64,000 nt of DNA from Takakia lepidozioides. Taxonomy: Eukaryota > Plantae > Bryophyta. Below are positions 11,659-25,529 of this stretch, piece after piece (within the stretch, counting starts at the first letter, position 1; every line of letters starts with the position of its first letter). The notes under the pieces were generated by a model. That model did no database searches. It saw nothing but the letters and a program-made list of their open reading frames with translations, and was not told the origin of the DNA. The stretch is from positions 62,372,001 to 62,436,000 of the forward strand of contig CM060733.1 of assembly GCA_030704615.1 (NCBI GenBank), read 5' to 3'. The translations under genes and the position numbers were made by a program.

Positions 11659-13896
11659 ATGTATAGTGCAGGTGGCGAACAGATGCGTAGGCGTAGAATA
11701 GATGACCGTCTATGGCGAATGGAAGAAGCTTATGCCACAAGGAATGGGCATACAAAAATGCTATGCAACTGCGATGAGTGTCATGGAGGAAAAGTACTGT
11801 TGTTGGAAACAGTGAGGAATCATTACGTCCTCGTGGTCAACGCGAATTCACACTGAGGGCAGTGTTGATGTGGTCAATCCATGACTACCCTGCATATGGC
11901 TTGCTCTCAGGTCAAGTGACGAAAGGTTATGCTGGTTGTCCAGCTTGTGGACCCGGGGTGACTTCACAGCAGTTACACACATGTGCAAAAATTGTTGGAA
12001 CTTGGCTGAAAATATTATTAAAACTATCTTTGGTGAGAAAGACACATTGAAAGTTCGCCGTGATTTGGAGCTACTTGGGATGCGCCCGGAATTGTGGCTA
12101 CAACGTGATCCTGACAGAGCAGATACGTTAATTATGCCTCTTGCCCCTTATGTCCTCACTGAGGCTGAGTTACAAGTCTTTCTGGAGATTGTGCAGAACT
12201 TGAAAGTGCCAACAGGCTACGCATCAGCTTTCAAAAAGCATGTGGTGAAGAAGAAGTTGTCAGGCATGAAATCATATGACTATCATTGCTCATGCAGCAA
12301 ATTATACCGCTTGTTATCCGTGGGCTCATGCCAAGTGGTCCTCGAAGGGCCATTTTGCGAGTATGTCGTGTATTTAAGAAGTTGTGTGCAAAAGTGGTGA
12401 ATCCTGTAGAGTATGAGGAATTGAGAACTGAAGCAGTTCTCACTCTGTGTCTTATAGAGATTTTTTGATGTGATGACACATCTGGTTGTTCACCTAGTGG
12501 ATGAGTTGTACTTATGCGGGCCCGTAGCATCTCGTTGGATGTACCCCATGGAGCGGGCAATGAAAGATACGAAGGGCTACGTAAGAAACATGGCAAGGCC
12601 CAAGGGGAGCATGGCAGAAGGATACCAATTTGAAGAAGCATTGGGTTTTTGCACAGAGTATATGGCAGGATTTGATGGAAGTGTACGAAGGGTGTGGGAT
12701 GCAGATGAGGCAGAATCTGTGGAACGTGAAGTTGTGGAAGGAAGTTCTAAAGCTCAAAAATTGAATGACCTATGTGATATTGTACATGAGTACATCATTC
12801 AGAACCATCCTCGTCTATCAGTCATGTTGGGGTAAGAAATCTACTTCATTGACATTCAGATTTCCAAGTTTTAGTCATTTATCATTATTTGGCATATGGC
12901 GTCTTTTCAAATCTCCCACGCCACCTCTGTCAATCTCCTGGCTGACCCTCGGATTGTGACATGACATATGAAGCAGAGTCCACACGGATAGAAGCCAGAC
13001 GACGCTTGTTTCGTGAGGAGCAAGGGCTGGAAGGCATGAGCAATCCCACGGCAATTCAGTACCCTCCTGATTTGCATCCTTGTCCTCCATTTGCTGTTTG
13101 GCTCCCTCAAGGTGTACGGGATCATCTCTCAATTCAATCAGATGGGCTTGATCCTACAACACGTGAGAAATTACTAGATCTTTCAAGGCCTCCATCATTT
13201 ACTGCCCTGTCATTCAAGAGTATGACAGCGTATGGTAACCATTACAGGGTTACATCCCCCGGCATGAACACAACAAGTATGGTGTCTTTTGATTGTGGAG
13301 TCTCATCTGTTTTCCAGCACCAGCCCATTACCAACAATTCAGGCAATGACATGGAGGAACCTACAAGATATGTGGGTCTTATAAGGGAGATTCTGCAAAT
13401 TGACTATGGTCAAACACAGCCTATAGTGTTTTTGTGTTCGTGGGTACGGGCGAGTCGCGTGGGTCGTCAACCTATATCAATGAAGCAGGATGATGCTGGC
13501 TTCACACTTGTCAATTTTAACCGTATGCTTCTACCTTCTGAGCAACCATTTGTGTTTCATGGCCAGGTTGATCAAGTGTTTTTTTCTGATTGTGTGAAGG
13601 AGCCGTGGTGGAAAGTCATCCTGGAGAAGAGCCCCCGAGCACGTAGAGTGGTCTGCGACATATCAATTGATAATGATGATGTGACGGAAGTGGAAGGATT
13701 GTTAGCCCCACAAAGACTAGAGGAGATGTGGTTACTGATGGCCCAACATGCAGCCGAGCGGTACCGGTTACTCCAGAGCAGGTGGCCTCCTTGTACCTCC
13801 GAGCACCCCGTATACGTGGTGATGATGTTTAGCCAACCCTTGGAGAAGATGAAGTCTGTGATGAAGACAGTGATACATGTAGTGACCCAGACATAG
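11659..13896 (+). pseudogene. tnpD: CACTA transposase TnpD, with internal deletions and frameshifts
   Basis: Transposase-associated CNC.EC..VRNH; Transposase_21-like LMWSIHDYPAYGLLSGQVTKGYAGCPACG; DUF4218-like MTHLVVHLVDE..GPV..RWMYPMER; DUF4216-like YVGLIREILQIDY..VFLCSWV..PFVF..QVDQVFF. Confidence 0.93.
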
Positions 13897-14287
13897 ATGA
13901 GGATGATGAAGATTAGATATGCGCGATTTGTGCACTCCAGTTATAGACCATGCATGATAGTTTAAGGTGGTAACACTCCTTTCGCATTCCCATTAAGATA
14001 TCATGCTTGGACACTGGATTTTATGATCAATTATGGAGTGCTTTCCTTTCAGCACCCTTTATTCATTTGTTGTTGCAATTGGCTTTGGACCAACCCGTGC
14101 TGGTACCATTGCCATGGGTTCTGCCTGCAATGTTTTCTTGCCATGGATTCGGCACACGCCACGAAAGGCCACCCAGACCATCCTCTGGAAATGCTCCAAT
14201 GTTGTTTCAAACATCTCCACATTGCAATGGATACAACACTGACATTAGATGAGTGAAAGTGAGACTAGACCTCCAGCCAGCCGGCTT

Positions 14288-15305
14288 TCGTTGGCCACGG
14301 GCTGCCCAGTGATACCCCGTGGTACCACTCCCACGAGCCTTCACGGCCCGCCATCCCCACGATCTGGTCACCGTGCCCACCCGTTGTGTCCGCACCACGA
14401 CTTCCAACGGTCACAGTCAACCATCACGACCTGGGCTCGTGGAATCTCGTGATACCGCCCCAACGACCCATCACGCCCACTATTCCCTGCGTTCCGTGGA
14501 ACTCCCAACGAGTTGTCATACGTTCCCGGGCATTCCCACGCGTTCCCGAGCTCTTCCTGAGCTGGGGTTTGCTCCTGCACCTGCTGCCGGCAAGCTATGG
14601 CTTCTGCGGAGCCATCAGCCCCGTTGCCCTGCACTCCTAAGCTCTCACGGCCCACTAGAAGCGCCCCTAGCTCAACAAGCAAGCCATATGCTGCCCAATA
14701 AGCTCCCTTTTCTCCATGAAGCTTACAAAAACAAATCTGAAAATACACACCTTTACAAGCTTGGTGCACTTGCACTTCTCATGCATCTCCCTTGGCTCTA
14801 GGGCGCCTCGTTGCTGCCCTTCCAGCCCCGCTCTTGCCACTCCAAGAGCCCTTACACGGCTGAGTTTCAGATTAAAACTCCAACTCAGCACATGCTTCAC
14901 AAGTGCACTGATTTGCACACAAGAGGGACCAGCCCCCTCTCTTCACTCATACCTCTTCATGAGCTTGGAGCTGAAGCTCCCAACGGGCTGCAATGCATCT
15001 CCTCGCAGCTCCACCATTCGGCTGCTCTTCATCTACCCGCAACAACTGATTTCGGGCAGAAATACTTGGAGCTGATCATGTCATCTCCAACCTGCAACAT
15101 GTTAGCTTCCATGCGCAGCCCACGATTCTGCAACTCCTTAACTCGGCTTGTAGCTGAAGAAGACGACCACCAGTTTGCCCACTCGTGGCCAACATCTCCT
15201 CCGCTTCACACTAGAAGCCCAAACTTGGTTGCCATAGCGTTGAGCTATGCAACGCCGCTCTTCAACATAGGCTACTCGCCTCTCTATCCATTTCAAACCT
15301 GCAAC
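14288..15305. repeat. ~1-kb direct repeat, copy 1 (probable LTR fragment)
   Basis: Colinear with 21439-22424 from CGTTGGCCACGGGCTGCCCAG to CAAACCTGCAAC, roughly 90% identical by eye. Confidence 0.85.
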
Positions 15306-15357
15306 TCATAAGCATGGCCTGATGTGGGTCTTCATGGGAACCCTGTTGGTGGTCACC

Positions 15358-16625
15358 CTATTTCTCCACAGTGTGATGTTTCACCAACCATTCAGGCCAC
15401 GTTCCCACAAGATCTTCATCTTGAAGGACCTCGTTCTCCACAGGTACTGCAATGCCCCTACCTTCTACCTCTGGAACCTCCTCCACAGGTTCGGGCATCA
15501 CATGCATAGTAGGGATTTCCTCGGTCAAACTCTGCATCTTTGGCACCACTGGTTCCTTGACCAAGCCAAAGTTTTCATAGAGAAGGTCCCCCTTCTCAAC
15601 TTCTGCCACTACCTGTTCTGTAGTGGGAATGTCCAGCCCTTCTCCTTCCAGAGCAATAGGCTCTGGTGTAACAACATGTACTATCTGAGTGACCCCTGGA
15701 ACAATTGAGTCAACTGGCTGTGGTGGCTATGGTACGGAGGTAACTTCTTCCTCCCTCTCCACAGGCCGTGCTTCCAGTAACAACAACCCTCTATGCTACT
15801 GTTCCCCATCTTGTACAAGAACTATGGAAACATCATCTTGTGGTTTCCTTGAAGCTAGTGGATCTGCCACAGTCGTATCCCGCTTCTGCCTCTTGGACTG
15901 ATGCTGCCCCTCCAACCCAGTTTCACCATGTGAAGAGCCCTGCTCCTCAATTGCAGTGGTTGCTGTCTCAAACACTCCCATCTCCTTGCGTTCACGCACA
16001 TCAAGCAAACAAGAGTCAAGAATAATTTGCGCAATGACTGGCCCAGACACAATGATCGGAGACTTAGCAACAATGCCCTGTAACTGCTTCATCTCTTCCA
16101 CCAGACCATTGTACATTAACTCCGCCCAAGCTACATCCTCTCCCCTCAAAGCTTTCAGTATCTCCTGTGTGAATGATCTGCTCAAGTACTGTTGGTTTTG
16201 TTTCATGGCAAACAGAACGTTCAGTATTTGGCCAACTTCCCTTAGCCCTGGGTACTCGGCCTTGGTGCAAGTGTATCCTTGAGTTTTAAAGAAACTCCCT
16301 TCTTGGAACAAATTGACCATTTGCAATCTTGCCCTGTGTTCATCCACATTCACATGCCCAGATGGCAATTCAAACAGTTGCTGCAAGTACTGGGGAGTAA
16401 TCTCTATATCTACTCCCCTCACCTGTGTAACTCCTGTCCTAGGCTCAAAGTTCTGAATGAATTGAATCATATACTTCCGATGATGCAGGACCATTCTTTG
16501 CGTAGCAGCCCTTCCAATCGCAACTCCTTCAGTAATTGCCTGTGGTGTAGCAATAGTTTGTTTTTGCAAAATCGTGGTGCTCTTCACCCTGATATCCTCC
16601 ATTCCCCTAACTCTCTTCATCCCAG
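15358..16625 (-). pseudogene. Extra ORF 3' of gypsy pol (Athila/Tat-type additional ORF, Transposase_32-like)
   Basis: FIQNF..VRGVDIEITP..LQQLFELP and V.WAELM..LVEEM motifs in ORF 15796-16782; same strand as pol; continues into an acidic frameshifted tail. Confidence 0.6.
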
Positions 16626-17637
16626 ACAAACAGGAAGGCCTTGTTTGAAACAGCTGTAGGAAAGCTTGCAGGGTGTAGAGCATAAAGGTATGGTTGGCAC
16701 AGAAAGGAACGGGTAAGTGCGTGTAAGTCTGTGGGGCTTGCAGATAATGCGTGAGAGAGAATGTATTTTCCCCCCCGTCCATCCTTGTGCCACTGCGTGA
16801 GAAGTAATGCTAGCGTGTAGTCTGTAATATCCGCCATAGCTACAAAGCTATAGCTTTGATTGCTCCCCCCGTCGAGACGCTGGTTAATCCAAGCCACCCC
16901 GACTCTTTCGCTCAGAACTTTTCTATTTTCTTGTTCTTGTTTCTTGGAGGGAACCACCTGCATGAAATTCTCGCTCCTGATTGGCTGTTGCCTCCTTGGA
17001 TAACTTCTTAATTTTACCCCCCTTAGTGGACATTCCCACCTGAAATGTCCACTAGGATATCACATGTGGCAAAGGCCCCCCTTTGTTGTACACATAAAGG
17101 ATTACGTTACCTTTGCCCTGAATGCATTAATGGGCCCACAATTAGTTTTGGCTGACGTACCGGGTAGGTACTTTGACGGCCCAATTTGTCCTCTTGCATG
17201 ATGACACCCACTTTTGCAATATATGCACCGCGGTGTGCTTCGCCCCAGTGGCCACCTGTTCGCTTTTAAACATGCCCCCGTCTTCCCCTGTCCGCGTGGC
17301 ACATTCTCCGAGTTTCACTTCCAAGCTGTCTTTTCACTTGCCGACCACTTTTCAGACGTTAACCCGCGTTCACCTGTCACTGACCCTATGGACTGTGCAA
17401 CCTGCGTAGGCTGTGTTGCTGTGCCAGGCTGTGCCAAACTGTGGTAAACTGTGTAGCTGTATGATGGGCTGTGATAATTGTGCGAACACCCGTGTTCTCC
17501 GCTCAGGCCATACACATTCAGCTCTACGACAAGTGCTTCATGCTCCGTTGGTATTACCGATGCAGCCCGTGACTATTTCTGTGTTTCAATATGCAAATCA
17601 TGCTGCAATGGTTTGTCATGGATACCACTCTATCCCT

Positions 17638-20520
17638 TCAACTTATTGGCATTGACTCTTCTAGCATCTCTTTGTTAATGGTTTGTAACATGGCTGTGTT
17701 GTTATCATACATCTTCTGTATGACATAAGGTCCTTTCCATGGTGACTTAAGCTTAGAAGCCTTAATCTTCCCCTTCTTCTGCAACCACAGAACCAATTCA
17801 CCCGTCTTAAAAGTTTTCAGTTTACCTTCATCAAATTGATCCTTCCTCTTCATCTGAATTCTGGTCATGTTATCTGCTGCATCAGCACGTACTTCTTCTA
17901 CATGATATAATTCATGTTTCCTGACTTTAATTGAATCCTCCAATTCCATTCTCCTTCCTCATTCAGTTCTCATGGTAGGTAACAAGAACTCCACTGGAAG
18001 TAAAGCTTCCATACCATAAACTAATTGGAATGGTGTATACTTGGTTGTGACTTTATATGAAATTCTGTATGACCACAAAGCTGTCAGAAGCTTTGTATCC
18101 CAATCTGTTATGTTTGCATTGACTATCTTAGCCAAAAAGATAGTGCATAGTATTTTGTTTGTGGCCTCTGCCTGCCCATTACCCTGTGGGTAATAGGTTG
18201 TACTTTTCCTGTGCACAATCATGAACTCTTTAGTCAATAGTTCTATAATCTCGTTAATGAAGTGACTTCCCTGGTCACTAATAAATTCCAGGGGACAGCC
18301 AAATCTTGTGAGTATGTTCTCATACAGGAATCTTGTTGTGGACTTAGCTGTGTTGTCCCTCAGTGCCTTAGCTTCCACCCACTTTGTAATATAATCCATG
18401 GCTGTGATTATATACTTGTTCTGTGTATTTCTGGCTGGTGGGTTAATTGGTCCAACAAAGTCTAGTCCCCATTTCTGAAATGGTTCAGTAGGCATCGTAG
18501 GATGCAAAGCCATCTTCCCAGATCTCTGCAATGGTCCTAGCCTCTGACACTCATCACAACTCTTGCAATACTTGTGTACATCCTTGAACAAAGTAGGCCA
18601 CCAGTAACCTGCAAGTAGTATCTTTCTACTGGTAGTCTCTTCTCCAAAATGACCTCTAGCCACTCCTTTATGAACTTCCTCCAAAACTTCATTTACTTCA
18701 TGGTGGTACAAGCATCGTTTAAGAACTCCATCAGGTCCTAGCTTATACATTTTGCCACCTATCATAGTGTAAGGTAAAGCCTTGATAGCTATTCACTTCC
18801 TCTGCTCCTTCCCATAACTAGGTGGGCCCTGACCATGAGTAAGGTAGTAACTGATTGGCCACTGCCAATCTAACCAATCATATGCACTTCCTTGAATCTC
18901 CATTGCAAATAAACTCGCATCAGGTAATTGGTCTTCTATTCCCGTGGCGGGCTCTCCTGTTGTTAGGCGTGACAAGTGATCTGCCACAAGATGCAAACGG
19001 CCAGGCTTGTAAACAACTTCGAATTCAAACTCGTGCAGGATTATTAACCATCTTGCTATCATGCCACTTATCAAAGGCTTGTTCACCAGATAAATCAAAG
19101 CCTGATAATCCACATAAAACATGAACTTCCTTCCCAATAGGTAATGCCTGAATTTCTTGACTGCATAAACCATTGCCAATGCTTCTCTTTCAGTTGTGCT
19201 ATAGTTTATTTCAGCATTGTTCAACAACCTGCTAGCATAATACACAGGTGAATCTATGTTTCCTGTGATATTTTGGGCTAACACATCTCCCAATGCTTCT
19301 CCTGAGGCATCACAATGTACATGAAATACTACGTGCTAGTGAGGGTTAATTAGAACAGGTGTAGTTGTTACTGACAATGTAAGTTCCTCAAAAGCCTGTT
19401 GACATTCTGCTGTCCATGTAAACACTGCATCCTTCTTCAGAAGCTTACTCAAAGGTGTGGCCATCTGCGCATACCGTCTGACAAACCTTCTGTAGTAACT
19501 GGTTTGTCCAAGGAATCTCCTTAGACTTTTAACATTTCCTGGTGGTGGTGATGCTTTAATGGCCTCCGTCTTTCTGGGGTCCACAAGTAATCCTTTCTTA
19601 CACACAATATGTCCCAGAAGTACCCCTGAGTTCACACAGAAAGTACATTTTTCTGGATTCAGACCCAGACCTCTCATCCTGCATCTGGCCAAGCATAACT
19701 CCAATTTATGCAAGTGCTCATTCTTAGAACTATACACACTGAAATCATCTAAGAACACTTGCATGAAATCATCCAGATACTCATGGAAGGATTTGTTTAT
19801 CACTCTCTGAAATGTTGCTGGTGCATTACAAAGTCCAAAAGGCATGACTTTGTATGCATAAGCACCCCAGTCTGTGATGAAAGCTGTCTTTCCCTGGTCT
19901 TCTTCTGCCACTTGTACTTAGTTATACCCACTGAAGCCATCCATGAATGAGTACATCTCATGGCCAGCCACAGTGTCCAATACAGCCTCTGTGAATGGCA
20001 AGGGAAATGGATCTTTTTTTGTACAAGCATTCAGCTTTCTACAATTCACACAAACTCTCAGTTTACCATTCTTCTTGGGAACTATCACAATGGGTGACAA
20101 CCATGTTGTATACTCTATTGGGTATATGAACTTAGCCTCAACCAGCTTCTTGATCTCTTCCCCAACCTTCTGTGCATAGTTAGGATTCATCCTGTATCTA
20201 GCCTGTTTGATTGGTACCGACCCTGGTTCCAATTCAATCTTATGCTGGCAAATCTCAGGTGGTATCCCTTTCAGATCCTCATAGCTCCAAGAAAATACAT
20301 CTCTGTATTTGATAAACAGGCTCTTAGCTTCCTCAAAGAATTCTGGCTCCAAGTCAGCCCCTACTTTCACCATTCTTGGTTCCTCTTCAGTTCCCACATT
20401 CACGTCTCTCACTTGCTCTTCAGCTGTGATTGTCCATCCAGCCACTACTTCATCCTGTAAACTCACAGTGGCTGGTTCTTCTAGGATTTCCATTTCTCCC
20501 TCTCTCTCCTCATAGAAATG
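17638..20520 (-). mobile_element. pol: Ty3/gypsy (non-chromovirus) pol: RT, RNase H, integrase; degenerate
   Basis: WLSPIVIVPKKNGKLRVC, DGFSGY, MPFGLCNAPATFQR, FLDD, NYSTTEREALA, GHFG, WGLDFVGP, SDQGSHF, NGQAE, WKGPY; split over five ORFs. Confidence 0.95.
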
Positions 20521-21438
20521 TGGTGGGTAACTACTTGTTTCACCCTCAATTGGTGTTGCCGTTACTGCACCACAACAGATACCTTTAAAACAACTCAGAC
20601 CTCCCAGTGGCATTTCTGCAATCTGCTCCCACTCTACCCACACAAAACTAGCATGGCGCACAATCAAGCATGCAAGTGTGGAGGGGATCCAAACACAAGA
20701 ATGAAAACAACAACTCCCCCACACCAAAAATCTCTCCACAATGTCACTCCTGCAACCCAACCCAAACCCGGACTGACTCTTGCCTCCACCTACGGAAAGG
20801 TCTCGGCCTACAGAGAAGGTGGAAAGCTACGAGGAAGGGAAGCTAAAGCAATGCCTATCCCCAGCACGCTCTCGTCCCAACACCCTCTTTTTTCCTCTCT
20901 TCTCTCACTTGCATGACCATGAGAGCATCATGTAGACACTCCTCAAACCGCCCTCCACGAACTCATGAAACTTGGCCTCCAAGGCCCCATGCAAGCCTCC
21001 ACAGGGTCTGCCAGTGCCTCCTTACGTCCACCCGTCATTCCTCATAATGGAACCACCTCAGGAAACCACGCCATTCACTGAAGGTTCAAAAATGGAGCAA
21101 ATAGAGGTACGTATAGGCCCCAACAACATTCTGTCCAAAGGAATTACCTGCAGGCTGGTCTCCCCCATAGTTAAGAACTGGGCTGAAAACCCGAAAAGAT
21201 TACCTTTAGGGAAGTAATCCCCTTTGTTAAAATGCGAAAGGGAGGCAATTCTGACTTTTCTGCCGGATCAGCTAGCTCAAAACCGTTGTTCTTCAGAGCC
21301 CAGCCTCCCCATCAAGGTCCCACGAAACGAGTGAATTTATTATTTTTATTTTTATTTTTATTATTTTTTCCACTCTTCATGTTCGCGGCCTTCTGTGGCT
21401 CTAACCGCCACTACTCCTCACGGCCCGCCCTAGGCGCT

Positions 21439-22830
21439 CGTTGGCCACGGGCTGCCCAGTGATACCCCGTGGTACCACTCCCACGAGCCTTCACGGCCCG
21501 CCATCCCTACGATCTGGTCACCGTGCCCACCCGTTGTGTCCGCACCACGATTCCCAACGGTCACGGTCAACCATCACGACCCGGGCTCGTGGTACTGCCC
21601 CAACGGTCTATCATGGCCACTATTCCCTGCGTTCCCTGGAACTCCCAACGAGTTCCCATGCGTTCCCGAGCTCTCCCCGAGCTGGGGTTTGCTCCAGCAC
21701 CTGCTGCCGACAAGCTATGGCTTCTGCGGAGCCATCAGCCCCGTCGCCCTGCACTCCTGAGCTCTCACGGCCCACTAGAAGCGCCCCCAACTCAACAAGC
21801 AAGCTATATGCTGCCCAACAAGCTCCCTTTCTTCATGAAGCTCACAAAAACAAATCTGAAAATACACACATTTACAAACTTGGTGCACCTCCACTTCTCA
21901 TGCATATCCCCTGGCTCTAGGGCGCCTCGTTGTTGCCCTTCCAGCCCCGCTCTTGCCACTCCAAGAGCCCTTACATTGCTGAGTTTCAGATTGAAACTCC
22001 AACTCAGCACATGCTTCACAAGTGCACTGATTTGCACACAAGAGGGAGTAGCCCCCTCTCTTCACTCATACCTCTTCATGAGCTTGGAGCTGAAGCTCCC
22101 AACGGGCTGCGATGCATCCCCTTGCAGCTCCACCATTCGGCTGCTCCTCATCTACCCGCAACAACTAGTTTCGGGCAGAAATACCTGGAGCTGATCATAT
22201 GATCTCCAACCTACAACACGCTAGTTTCCCATGCGCAGCCCACATTTCTGCAGCTCCTGAACTCGGCCTGCAGCTGAAGAAGACGACCACCAGTTTGCCC
22301 ACTCGTGGCCAACATCTCCTCCGCTTCACACTAGAAGCCCAAACTTGGTTGCCATAGCGTTGAGCTATGCAACGCCGCTCTTCAACATAGGCTACCCGCC
22401 TCTCTATCCATGGCAAACCTGCAACCTGTTCGCCTTTGCACTCTATCCGCTTTGGATAGGCTCATGCGTGGCTCCCTGCACTCTAGGCTGAATCGTTTCT
22501 CACGATCTGAAAACACAAGTGCTACAACTAACTCAAACCTGGTACTCACAGACTCGAGCTGATCTTTCTCGAGTGATAAGGAAATGAATGATACAAGCAC
22601 ACAAGCTCTCTCAAACTCACATGCTTGCACATGAAAACATCACTCATATATTAAGTCGAGCCAAGTGCACCCCACGCCATGGGGAATCCACACTACGGCG
22701 CCATAGCTAGACACGGTGAGGCTCAACTCGAGAAAGATGAGCCCACCGCGATCTGCCGTGAAGATAACAACGCCAGGTGCCCAAACATGTATTGGCCCCT
22801 GGATTGACGCTTGGGTCAATCCCAAATGTC
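21439..22830. repeat. ~1-kb direct repeat, copy 2, plus an LTR-like extension
   Basis: Matches 14288-15305; 22630-22760 resembles 42730-42890 (TAAGTC.AGCCAAG..CTCAACT...AAGATGAGCCC); ends ..TGTCA at 22830. Confidence 0.65.
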
Positions 22831-23061
22831 AATATATAAAAGCTAGCTATTTCCTAGCTACTTCACACTAGTGGTAAAATAACTTGACATGTTTTTTGCC
22901 TGGTTTTGTATTTGGGGATGGGAGACCTTACAGTTCCATTTCTCTGATTTAGCATATACACAATTGAGCAAGCATGAATCGAGGGTGAGGACGGTGCGAC
23001 ACATGAATAAGATGGAAGATGGAAAGATGGAAATATATTTACAGGAAATGAGTTGAAAATC

Positions 23062-24188
23062 TCACAAGGGTTCAGTAGGCTGACCCTGGGACCTACATGG
23101 ACTAGGACTAGTCATCCTCATCTTCATCCTCATCCTCAGTGAAGGACTCAGAGCTATCCGATGAGCCTGATGACTCCGCGCCCTTTGCCAGAGCACGTAA
23201 ATGAGGCGGCGTTCCCCTAAGTCCCACAGAGCTCTCATCCAATCCTTGGCCATGACCCTCGACCTCATCCATACTAGTGCCCTGTAGTGCACTCATCCCC
23301 TCTGTGTTGGCCATGTTCTTCAGGAGGGATTGTCAACCATGCTCCTTGGCGTAGTTGTACTCTACCGGAGATGGCTTCCTCTCAAACGCGCGTTGCTACA
23401 CATGCCACAAATTAAAGTCAGTTCTTCGCGATGATGGAGCCAGAAAGAAGACATAACAAAATCCATAGGGAAGTACGACTTACAAATTGCAAGATAAAAC
23501 CCTTGGATCCGCCGGTGCCCCACTTGTGTGTGGATTCGTGCTTGTCAAGGCGGACTGTTGTTGCTTCGCGTGCCCGGTCAAATTTGGCCTTGTTTGCGGC
23601 ATCAGTCTCTCCCGCAATGAGTGCATCCCACGATACCTATGCACCCCCCCCCCCCCCTCCAACAATTAGTGAATTACACACATACGTTGCATCGAATCCA
23701 CCTCATTAATGCACATGCGACAAATGGAAGGTGACATGATTCAGGATTTGCCAACCTGTGTAATTCCATAAGGTGGTTTGGGTATGGCTCCCTTTTCCAT
23801 TGCCCTCGGAATGATCTGTCTGGCACGGTACCTCCTGTCCTTCAAGTTTCGCCCCACCATCTCCATCACCCTTGTGTCACTCCAATTACCCGGAAACCGG
23901 CGGTCTAACTCACAGGCATACGCCCGCGTGCTGATCAGCCCACTCGATGTGCAAAGGGAACCACCTCAATGCGAGTTCGAAGGCTGGCTTCTTCATAGCC
24001 TCCCAGAACGCACCGCAGGGGTCACCATGGCGATTCACCTCCACCGGTGGCACCACGATCTTTGCCAACTCCACGTCCTATATCGCCAAGGCCATCCCAC
24101 CCTCTCCCTTCTTTGTAGCCTCCTTCCCCTGCTCCTTTGTTACCCCACTGCCCTCCCCCACATGCACACTCACCCCTTCCTCTCCATG

Positions 24189-24219
<31 letters not shown>

Positions 24220-25350
24220 CCCCTTCCCCTTCTCCACGACCATCTCCTTCCCCTTCCCCGCTACTTCCTCTCTCTCCTTCTCCCTCTCCCTTCTCTCTCT
24301 CTCCTCAGCAGCCCCTTCATTGATGGTAAAAGGGATCTCGGGAGATCGAGGCCTCTTCTTCTTACGTTTGGTGTTCAGGTCCTTCATGAACACCACGTGC
24401 TCTCCCTCATTGGCAACCCCACTGGACTGCACCAATGAGGCCAGCCATGTTGTTGCCTCCTGAAGACAAATAACCCCTCCAAATTCAAAAACAGAAACAA
24501 ACAACAAAGAAAATCATGCATGCAAAGGAAAGGATAAATCATGGAACAAGGTGCGATAGTTGTACCTTTGCAAGCTTGTCCGACTCGCCCCTGGTGTCAC
24601 CCGATGTGGGAGGAGTCCCCGTTGCCGGATGTGCCCGCTCTATCCCCTCCCGGAGCGCCACTGGAAGTAGATTCCAGATGTGGAGCATAGCCGGCGGCGG
24701 CGCCCCGTAGTCCAGGCCCTTCTTTGCTGACCACTCAAGCTCAGGGGGCGGTGTCGCTGAGGCTACCTACTCTCATCTCCCCCCCCCCCCCAAATGCGTA
24801 TCAGGGTAGAAGCCCTCACCCGGATTGACTTCTTCGAGGCGCTTCGCTATCTTGGCCACTTCATTGGCCCTCCTCGTCTCCTCCTCCCTCATCGACAACA
24901 ATGGGCTGGCAATGGAGGCGGCCCTTGAACCTGACGTTGGGCCTTGGCAAGTGCAGCCTTTGCTGCGGAGGAAGGGGTCGCTATAAGGGTGACATCCAAA
25001 AGGTGCCCATACCGGGCCCCCGAACGGGTGATGTGCTTGCCAAGGTACATTTCACCCATCTTGGTGGCCGGGGGTGTGCTCAACTGAGCATCCGGCTCAG
25101 CAACAACCTCCCGAATAGGAGAGCTGGCTAAGCCGGCCCCTGGCGCATCCAAGATGTGGACAAGAGGGGGGGTACTGGCCTCGGGGGGCAGACGAGCCGT
25201 CCGGCTGCGGCTGTCGACGGGGCTGGTTAACCGTGAGACGCCCTGGCGCGTCACACGTGCCGGCAGAGCAAACGGATTGTCCGCCCCTTTCTTTGGGGCA
25301 GGGGACTTCTTCTCTTTCCCCATAAGCTGGCACCTGTCATGCAAACCCAC
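23062..25350 (-). pseudogene. tnpA: Second spliced tnpA-like (En/Spm accessory) pseudogene
   Basis: Manual translation of 24080-23757: VEVNRHGDPCGAFWEAM..W..Q..LDRRFPG..VGRNLKDRRYR..PKPPYGIT, next exon WDALIA..HKWGTGGSKG; parallels 9873-9280; stops and frameshifts present. Confidence 0.6.
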
Positions 25351-25529
25351 AAGTTGGCCTCATTAGGAACATTCCAGATCAAAAACAAAAAAAACCAAGC
25401 ATGTCGGGGGCTGAGAGCAGCAAGTGCTCGGAGTCTCGAGAGGGGGCAACAAAGAGAGAAGAAAAAGGTGGGGGGGAGTGACTGAGCACCAGCAGCAGCT
25501 GCTGAGCACCACGGGCTCAGTCACTCCCC

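Larger units (their letters stand above)
4344..13920. mobile_element. CACTA (En/Spm) DNA transposon: left end plus tnpA-like and tnpD genes; right end not found
   Basis: Starts CACTACAACAGA at 4344, followed by subterminal repeats, a tnpA-like gene (-) and tnpD (+). Confidence 0.8.

Noticed and set aside
14319-15311. Overlapping ORFs in the 1-kb repeats (also 21441-22416)
   Set aside because: No recognisable domains, and frames break differently in the two copies; likely non-coding repeat sequence.
24192-24219. Poly-Phe or poly-Lys ORFs
   Set aside because: A homopolymer T run within a decayed gene; may include sequencing error.
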